Shown here: positions 26,601-36,991 of the stretch, in pieces | How the letters are laid out: each line of letters starts with the position of its first letter | How positions within the stretch are numbered: the first letter of the stretch is position 1 | From: Octopus bimaculoides | Lineage: Eukaryota | DNA: 64,000 bases | Reading direction: 5' to 3' | NCBI RefSeq assembly: GCF_001194135.2 | Contig: NC_068998.1 | Coordinates: forward strand, 40,388,736-40,452,735 | Program-made: the position numbers and the translations under genes | Notes under the pieces: generated by a model | What the model was told of the DNA's origin: nothing | Databases searched by the model: none | The model's input: only the letters and a program-made list of their open reading frames with translations

Positions 26601-29600
26601 ATATTTAGAATTGTCTACTATAAAGCAGCTTCTCAGCACATTGTCACATTGGTCGAGAAGATGACTGCTGGCTATTCTTAAAAAGAGGTGTGTGTGTGTG
26701 CGTGTGTGTGTGTGTGTGTGCATGTGCGTGTGTGTGTGTGTGTGCGCATGCACGTGTGTGTACATACACACACACATATTAAAAGGAATTTCTCAAGGTA
26801 CAAATCAAAATATCTTAATTCAATCTCAATATATGAACAAAAAAAGCACAATGTTAAGGATGATGCTCTAATATGATGTGGGTGTGTGATAAGAAGTTTG
26901 CTTCCCACCGACATGTTTCCAGGTTCAGTCCCAATGCATGGCACCTTGAGCAAGTGTCTTCTACTCTGAATTTGGGCTAACCAAAGCTTTGTGAGTGGAT
27001 TTGGTAGACAGAAACTGAAAGAAGCCCATCGTTTATTCATATGTATGAGTATGTCATTTGGTCTCTGTTTGTCCCCCACCACCACTTGACAACCAGTGTT
27101 GGTGTATTTACATCCCCGTAACTTAGCTGTTTGGCAAAAGAGACTTTAGGAAAGTGTCTTTTACTATAGCCCCAGGCTGTCTAAAGCCTTGTGAGTGGAT
27201 TTGGTTAATAAAACTGAAAAGAACTCCCTTTGTGTGTGTTTGTGTGTGTGTCTCCCTATCGTGTGTGTGTCTCCCTATCGTGTGTGTGTGTGTGTGTGTG
27301 TATGTGTGTCTCCCTGTAGCTTAGTGGTTTTCCAATAGTGACTGATAGGATGAGTACCAGACTATATGTATATTTTATACATACACATACACACACATGC
27401 ATGCACACACACATGCATACATGCACATGTGCACACACATGCACACACATACATGTAGCAGATAAGTGCAAAACCTGTTGGAGAAAATAGCACTCAAATA
27501 TCAAAAAAAAAAAAAAGAGTAAATGGTATTAATATAAAAAAATATTTTAAAACATAGTTATTGTTATAACTATTTTCCTCCATCAACCATAACATTTCAT
27601 TTTACTCAACTTTATTTCATTTGTTTATAACCTTTATATTATTTTCATCAATAGTCAATCATCTTATCCAACATATTTCATCTATTTCGAAATATGACAA
27701 CCCCCTGTCCAATCAGCTTATATGTTTATTTGATTAGCTGCCAACTGATTCTCACTGCACCATTTTAACCATTGTATTCTTCCGAAAGTTCTATTCTGTT
27801 TGATGATCAGTTTTGTGAAATTCAGAATAACAGTTTATGAGGTTTTTCAGCTTCAGTATATGTATATTTATAGATACACCCCCCCACACACACACACACA
27901 TGCACACACACTCTTATATACATGCATACATGTGCCTTTACCTGATGAGACACCACAGTACGAAAACCCTGGGTGTCCCAGAATCTCCTTACACTAATGA
28001 ATCAAGTGTTTTATGATCACATATTCATCTCAAAAGTGAAGTCGTTCCCCTATGATGAAATGCACATATATGTATGTGTATGTATGTATATGTATGTATG
28101 TATATGTATGTATGTATATACATACATACATATATATANNNNNNNNNNACACACACAGCTATATAAAATAAAATATCAGAGTTTCATGACAGCCAATTTA
28201 TGATGTTACCAAATGGTTTCATGCCAATATAGAGAGGCAAATTCAGCAATCATTGGACCCTTTGCTATTGGAGGCCTGAAAATGCCACATCTAGTCTATT
28301 GGTCTTAGAGTTGTCATAAAAATTGAAAAAAAACTCATAGATGAAACAATACAGCCATAGGACAATAACTAAAACAGATTATAGCTAAAAAGAACAAGGC
28401 TGAATTATGCTAGAATTCAAGTGGCAACAAGTTCACCACAACTCTATGTAGTATTTGATTACTGAGTGAGCTGGGGGTTGAAGCATGGGAAGAGATGACA
28501 GAGCAGAATGGGAAAGCCACAGCGAGGGTTAATTTTAAACACATGTTGTTATGTACACTGGCTCAGGAACGAAATTTGCTCAGGGGATGCAAACCCCGAA
28601 CCAAAAATGTTTACAAACAAGATCTTATTGTTTTTCTTTTTAATTTTTTTTTGTTCTTTGTTCTTTGAGAAGAAACCGAATTTTGAGCTACTTTTTATAA
28701 ATCACTTTTTATTCACTGTTTTCTGAACCTGAGAAAAGTAAATAGGGGTGCAAATTTTGATTTTGCACCCCACAAAAATTCTAGCAGTTGCACTTGCACC
28801 CCCTGTTCAAGGTCTTTGGAAGTTTGTACATACAAATGCTGAGTGTGGTGGCATGAATATTAAACCTTCGTTTATGGTGAGGGATATTCTCAAGGTGAAA
28901 AGCTGACTGTTATACTCAGGGTGTCCCCGACAAACCAGCTAATATATATTTAAGCTCATGAGGGCATGAGGAAAAAACTTCACTTTTAAAGTTCTCACAT
29001 GCCTCTGAATGGAAGGTGTTCTTCACTATGATACTTTTCTCTGCTAAACAGAATTTGCACCTCCTACTGCTCTTGAAAGAAAGTCATATTATGTAGTGTT
29101 TTCTTCTAATATCCATATGTTTAACCATATATAGATATATATATATAGACATGGATCTGGTTGTAGAAAGACGTACCTCAACAAGTTTCACCTGACCCCA
29201 TGCTTGCAAGGAAAAGTGGAAATAGAATAATGATTGTGACAGTGGCTGCATATGTAACAAATAATAATAGTTACATATCCTATGTAATATATATTTTTAT
29301 AATACACATGCACACACCCACTCATATGTGTGTGTGTGTGTGTGTGTGTTACGTACATACATTTTTTATGTTTTATTGTTTTCATCATTGGACTGCAGAC
29401 ATGCTGAGGTGTCCCTTTGAAGGGTTTTAGTCAAACAAATCAACCCCAGTTACTTTTTCCTTTTTTTTTTTTTTTCAAACCTGGTACTTCTTCTACTGGT
29501 CTCTTTTGCTAAACTACTAAGTTTTAAATATGTAAGCAAACAACATGCTGTGGTGAGGGACAAACAAACACATGCACATATATGTATGATGGGCTTCTTC

Positions 29601-32600
29601 CAGTTTCCATCTACCAAATCCACTCACAAGGTGTTGGTCTGCCTGGGTTTATAGTAGAAGACACTTGCCCGGGGTGCTACGTAATGGGACTGAACCTGAA
29701 ACCATGTAGCTGGGAAGCAAACTTCTTACCACACAGCCTTGCCTACAACTATGCCACACAACCACACCTCTCACACGCATACACATGTATTTACTGATAT
29801 CTTGGGATGTATCTATCTTTGTCTCTCCCAAAACAGGATAATCATGGCTTAGCTTTGTGAATTAGAAATGAGAGACTGAGTCAAGCTGACAAGATTAGAA
29901 GAGTAAAAGCACTGGTGGAAGTAATGTCTGTGGTGGAGGTGATGGTGGTAGTCATTACAGAATTAGTGGTGGTAGCCACTGCAGCAGTTATAGCAGTGTT
30001 TGATAAAGAGGGTAATGAAATCATTTAGCCTGAAGTTGAATACTGCCCAAGCAGACCTAAGATCTTGGACATTCCAGCCATGACCATTCTGTTGTATACT
30101 GAGGACTAAATTACTTTGTTCAGTGTATCTGTCCTTTGCCTTTTTAATCCTTTTACTGCAGAAATCACATATGTCCACTCAAAATCTCATATCCCTTACC
30201 TGCGGAAAGCAGTTTTATATACCAATCTACCTTTTGTTCACGAATGTCATGTTTGCAACTATTTTTCATTGAGATATATCAAATTTATTGAGGCAAGGTG
30301 ATTGGCAGAAAATACCACTTCTATTTTTTGGTTGATATTTAATACCATTACTGGAGTAACCATGAAATTTAATTTCACAGTAAGGTGTGAACTGAGGAAG
30401 ATTTAGTTGTTATTTATACTATTTTAAGTCACCTCATAGAGGTGTACTTCCTCATTAGCTGACAGAGTACTAGTAGTAGTTGTCGTATTTGTGTGTGATA
30501 ACTAATTAAAACAAGTAAATACCACCAGAAACAGCTGATTATCATTTGCAAAAAGTCAGCTGAACCGGAGCATTAGAGATCTATGTTAATATTGTCAGAT
30601 GCCAGTCAAGCATGGCTGATTTGTCCTTTAAATCTGTGTGAGGAAGATGTCTCCTTTGGCTATACTTCACCTTGTGAATCCTTATAAGTACAGCTGTCCC
30701 ATACTCAGCACAGTTTTAACCCATTTGAGGCTGCAAAGTGCCATTGTATTCATATTCATATTAAAACCTCCTCCATCAAAATTTCTTTATAACATGTTTG
30801 ATGAAAATTTGAGGTTTCAGTTAATTGTCCCTAGCATAGATGAGACCCCCTGTGTGGTTATTTTATGTATTAGAAATAGAAGCCACATATTCCCCCAAAC
30901 TACTATCTGCTGTTGTGAAAAAGGAGACATTGCACAATGCTGTTCAGGGTATACTATTTCTGAGAAATAAATAAGATGGTCTTGGCTGAAATGCTTTTGA
31001 TCTTTGGTCCACTGCTTCAGGACCAATCTGGGATCTAAACAACAACAATAACCAATAAAATTAAACATATTTACTCAGCCGTCCTTCATGCAATGTATAT
31101 TGTGCAACATAATTTAATGTCTCTTTTTTTTTAGTTTATTTTAACAAATAGAATGTAATTTAAGGAAGATTTGACTGCTATTTCCAGTATGTCTGGCAAC
31201 TATGTAGAAGTTTCCATATTTGTAAAAGATATTACATAAAGTAGTGTCTAGAAATATAAATTTTCATATTGAATTCCTAGCACAGAAAAGTGTACATTTT
31301 AGACAAATGGGTGAAAAGAAAAACTAAAAACTTTTTTTAAATGTATTAAGAAGATGGAAACTTGAAAAGGAAAAACAAAAATTTTTGAAAACCATGATTC
31401 TATCTCTCAGACAAAGAGACAGTTCCAAAATTTGAAATTCTTCAGCATTGAACTAAACAAAATTCAAGAACTCTATAGCAAAGTTCTTAACCTTGGCTGT
31501 CTTCCAGAGCATTCCTGTTATAAAACAAAAAACAAAAAAAAAACAGAAAAGAGAGAAAGGAAAAAGATGTCGACTGTACAAAGAAAAATAGTAAATAAAT
31601 AAATAAATGATTCCTTTGACCCTCTATTATCTTACCGAAAGATGTGAGAACGATTTGTATACAAAACATGTTCAGTTTTATCTTGCAATTGTCACTGTAT
31701 GAGGAAACAGCAAGTGCGCTGTTTAACTGCATTAATGAATTATGAATTCAAATTTTGTCGTACTCATAGCTTGAAGAAAGCTAGACTCTACCAAGCTGAT
31801 TTGCTATAGGTGAGCCACATAAAATCATAATCTTCAACTGGTTCCTCTGCAAACCAGTGAATCATGGAGCTGACATTTTCTTTCCCATTTTACAACTTTC
31901 ACCTCTGTTACATGTTCTTCTTCATGGTATCTGCTTACAGCTAGATAGACTGTAGCTTTCCAATGTACTCCTACTCCCCTACTATTAGATTTACCGTTCC
32001 ATTATATCTGTGCCACTACTAGCTACGTAGACTGTACCTCTGTTATCCCTTCTGCCAGAGAGGTGGACTGTACCTGTATAGTATATACTATTAGCTAGCT
32101 AACAAGACTCTACCTCTCCATTGTATCTATTGCTAGATAAACAGACTGTACCTTTCCAAAGTACCTACTGTTAGGCAGCTGGGTGGACTCTATCTTTCCA
32201 TAGTAGTTACTACTAGCAAAGTGATTTCTATCTTTCCACTGTACATACTGCTAGCCAAATGGATTGTACCATTCTGGTGTACCTGCTGCCAGCTAAGCAG
32301 GTGGTCTCTACCTCTCCACTGTACCTTCTGTTAGCTAAATGGACTCTACCAACTTTCATCTAGTTGGATAGCAATCTTAAAACCAAGACAACCTGTCCAG
32401 TGTTAGTGAGAAAACTATTTTCCTGACACAAACAGGTCCTTGTGATGGACTAGAAACCATTGATCCTAAAACAATGTAAATTAGTGATCTTTTAAACATC
32501 TGCAGTGAGATGGTCCTTCATAAAACATTAAGAAAGACAATATCTCAACTCACCTGATATTCTCCATGTAATTTCTCGTTACAGGTAATGGTACACAACA

Positions 32601-32875
32601 GTTTATCAGTATACCAGTGTCGCTAGCAACCGGAGGCAACCAACAGATACAGTTGCTGACAACGTCCAATGGACAAATTATTGCTACCAACCTCTCCAGT
32701 CTTCAGGGTTTGGCACAACCTCTCAATATGACTGCCGCTGCTGCTGCTGCTGCTGCCGCCGCCAACACAAATGCTGCTGCAGGTCAGTATGTTGCTCTCT
32801 CATTCTTTTTCTTTCTTTCCCCACTTCTCTTTCTCCCTCTCCCTTTCTCGCTATATATCTTTCTCCTACTTTCCT

Positions 32876-32908
<33 letters not shown>

Positions 32909-34733
32909 ATAAGAGGAGGAGGAGGGGAAGGAGAAATAGGGTCGGTGATGATGATAATGACAATGATGGCTGATAGATGTTGTTACTTGTTGCTAAGCCC
33001 AGGTCAGCTTTGATAAAGTTGACTTTCAATCAGAGGCATTCCAGTTGTGAACATCCCTTTATTTTGAATGCCTATGACTGCAATGCTGGTTGAGCAGCCG
33101 TTTAGAAGCCCTTGAATTGGCTCATATTAGTCATCATTATTATCATCATTATCACCTTTTAATATACATCTTCCATGCTAGCATACATTGGACAGTTTGA
33201 CAGGGTCCAATAGGTTTGAGAACATCACATGATCTAGTGTCCACTTTGGCATGATTTTTATCACTGGGTGCCCTTCCTGACATGAACCGCTAACAAGAGT
33301 TAACTGGGTACTTTTTTGTAGCACCAGCACTAGTGAGGTCACCATGAAGCTTGCAAGACTGAGGTCCTCTTTTGATTGGGTGGGGTTACATTAGATGGGA
33401 GGTGACTTTATGTTAAGAGATGGAGATGGGAGGTTAAGGTACACAGGCTTTACATGAAGAGGTATAAAGGTGGATGTGGGATGATTAGCATACGGGAGTG
33501 CATCAACAGTGAAAGAAGAAACATGGCAGAATATTTGGTAAATAGCAAACAAGACCTGCTATAGTATGCTGCTAATGCAGGATTCACCAAAAATGGACTT
33601 GAAAGTGCTAATGAATTCCAATCATCAATAGCCAACAAGAGAGAAGAACTTCTACTCTACATGGAATTACATTGTTAGTTCCACCATGAAACTAACAACT
33701 TAAAAGACCAGGAAGCATCATGGAGGTGACTCAGCATGAGTGACCTAAAAAAGAAGACTTAAAGTCTAACCCTCATTGCCTAGGATCAGACATTGAATAC
33801 TAACTCAGTGAAAAGGGATATATACCATGCAAGTGCAACAAACCTCTGCAGAATGTGTGGGAAAAGGGTCCATGACTCACACTGTTAGTGCTTGTGAAAG
33901 TCTTACACAGAAAAAGTACAAGTGCAGACACAACAAAGTAGCCCAAAACCTTCACTGGCTACTGTGCCAGATGTATGGACACGAGGTAATTGGTGCTTTG
34001 TACCAATATACACTAGAAAAGTTAATGGACAAAAAGGGGAAGGCAAAAATCCTCTTCGACTTTGATTTCCAGACAGACAAGGTATTAGAACACCGAAGGT
34101 CAGATATAGTAACTTTTAGGAGGGACAAACAAGAGTGCCTGATAATGGACATGGCAGTACCAGGAGATCAACACATCATCATAAAAGAAAGAGAAAAGAT
34201 TGATAAATATGGAGACCTGAGAATAGAGATCACCAACATGTGGCAGCTACAAGAGTCAAACATAAAGTCATCGGAGCATTGGGTTCAGTACCACCCAACC
34301 TGAAGAAACATCTGGAATCTTTAGAAATACCTACAATCTAGGTGTATTGCAAAAATTGGCATTACTTGGAACTGCATACACATTGTGTAAAGTACTGTCT
34401 GTTTGAGGTTCTTGTTGTGACTTGACAGACAGTACAAACCCCCCGATAGACACAATATCTCCAATCATGATATTGGGTACTGTGCATCATCTTAAATAAT
34501 AATCCTTTCAACTTCAGGTACAATGCGGGAAATTTTGTGGGGAGGGAGCTAGTTGATTACATCAACCCCAGTATTTAACTGGTACTTATTTTACCGACCT
34601 CAAAAGGATAAAAAGCAAAGTCAATCACGGCAGAATTTGAGCTCAGAATGTAAAGATGGACAAAATGCTGCTAAGGATTTTGCCCGGTTTACTAACAATT
34701 CTGTCAACTTACTACCACTACAATTACCACCAC

Positions 34734-34766
<33 letters not shown>

Positions 34767-36944
34767 GATTGTGTTTTATATGAGCCGAAGGCCAGAAATT
34801 TTGGGAGTAAACTGAGCTGACTGGAACTTTATTTTACTGGCCCTAAAGGGATGAAAGGCAAAGTTGACCTTTGCCAGGGTTGGGCTGTGAATGTAAAGAG
34901 CTGATACTAAATTCCAGAAGGCATTTTGTCCAACACCCTAATAATGATTTTGCCAATCCTGTGCTCTCGTTAGACACAAGACTNNNNNNNNNNNNNNNNN
35001 NNNNNNNNNNNNNNNNNNNNNNNNNNNNNNNNNNNNNNNNNNNNNNNNNNNNNNNNNNNNNNNNNNNNNNNNNNNNNNNNNNNNNNNNNNNNNNNNNNNN
35101 NNNNNNNNNNNNNNNNNNNNNNNNNNNNNNNNNNNNNNNNNNNNNNNNNNNNNNNNNNNNNNNNNNNNNNNNNNNNNNNNNNNNNNNNNNNNNNNNNNNN
35201 NNNNNNNNNNNNNNNNNNNNNNNNNNNNNNNNNNNNNNNNNNNNNNNNNNNNNNNNNNNNNNNNNNNNNNNNNNNNNNNNNNNNNNNNNNNNNNNNNNNN
35301 NNNNNNNNNNNNNNNNNNNNNNNNNNNNNNNNNNNNNAGGAGGAGGGGGGGGGAGGGGGAAGAGAGGAGGAGGGGTAAAGAGAGGAGGAGGGGGGGAAAG
35401 ACAAAGTGAGGAGACATTACTTTTGTAGGCAAGATATTGGAGTGTGTTGATTATTAACTACATGTTGATCAGTCAAAAGGCTGTTTTAATAATCTCTCTA
35501 ATTTTGACACATAGTAAGCAGTTTGAGGGGAGGTAGTTAGTCAATAACATCCACCTCAGTATTTGGCTGGTATTTTATTTTATCAACCCTAAAAGGATAG
35601 GAGACAAATTCTAATTTAGAACTTTGCGTCTTTCATGTTATTTTATTTTCCAAACTTCAGCTTAATAATAACAAAGTTATTTTACTGACTTCTTCAATGT
35701 TTTCAAAATTAATCAAGACAAAAAGTAGTGTATTTCAATGCAAATATAATAACAAAAGGGTCACAGTTCATTACAGTATTCATCCTGTTCTTCATGTCAT
35801 TGTTTGCTGACCATGTTTTGCTTCCAGTTACATTTGATGAAATATAATTAGTCTTCCACTTTCTCTCAAATAACAGGCCCCATCAATTCACACACATCAA
35901 ACGGTACCACTAGCAATCAGCAAACAACCAACCAGTTGTTAGCCAATCAAGTTTCTTCATTACCTCAACTGCTCACCAATGCTCAAGGTCAAATTTTGGC
36001 AGTCGGCCCACAGGTAAGCATATACTTTAAGCTCTTCCAGAAACCAGCTTGAAATATACCATAATACAGAATATTATATATTATATGTATCATGATAGAT
36101 AGTATCATATATTATGTTATATTATATTACAATGTATATTATATAATCCAATATGATGTTGATAAACTACTGATGACTTTGTCTTTGTGTAGTTATTCAA
36201 AGTCAGATACTCTTAATAGAGATTTATAAGAACCATACTCTTGAGTGATTTGCCAAAAGCAAACTTCTTAACAATTTTGTAGTCTTCTTGCTATGACAAT
36301 GAAACAGAACAGAATGGTCAGATTAGTGATTTTTTGGTGTGTGTATCAATGGACATATCTTTTAAATACATTGTTGGCTAAATATAAAAATGCATATGTC
36401 TAAAAATATGTGTATAAGGTGCAAGTGTGGCTGTGTGGTTAAGACGTTTGCTTTCCAGTCATGTGGTCTTCAGTTCAGCCCCATCACTTGGCACCATGGG
36501 CAAGTGTCTTCTATTATAGCACCAACCAAAGCCTTGTGAGTGGATTTGGTAAACAGAAGTTTTAAGCACTGAGCAAATACCTCTCTAAAACGTATTGCCC
36601 AGTGCCTAAAACATCGAGCAAAGAATATATAAGTAGTGATCGTGATACCGACCACAAAGAAATGATCAAGCTCAGTAACAATCTATTAAGCCACAACTAC
36701 CCCCAAAAACATACTATCTACTCCAATTAAAACCACCAATAGAAGAGAATATGACCAAAAACTGTGTGTATTCCATCCCATGCAGCTGTGGTAGGTTATA
36801 CAAAGGCAAAACATGCCGCCCCCTTATAGATATTAGATTTATAAGCCCTAAAATTCACTCCATAGTTGCCCACGGGCATATGGCGTAGTGGTTAAGATTG
36901 CGGGTTACTAACCCTAAGATTCTGAGTTCGATTCCAGGCAATGA

Positions 36945-36991
<47 letters not shown>

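Noticed and set aside
27942-27978. CTGATGA...CGAAA hammerhead-like words
   Set aside because: Stem II has a mismatch next to the core, and there is no valid NUH or stem I.
28745-28784. 10-bp GC-rich hairpin GGGGTGCAAA/TTTGCACCCC followed 9 nt later by CTAG (Helitron 3'-end-like)
   Set aside because: CTAG is followed by C rather than the expected target T, no 5' TC end was identified, and the motif repeats downstream.
31948-32350. CRISPR-like appearance of the 36-42-bp phased array
   Set aside because: Eukaryotic intron, no cas genes, and the supposed spacers are homologous to each other.
36874-36946. Possible tRNA gene (anticodon ACT)
   Set aside because: Acceptor and T stems do not close properly, there is no poly-T terminator, and it runs into a repeat body; it is a SINE-type head.
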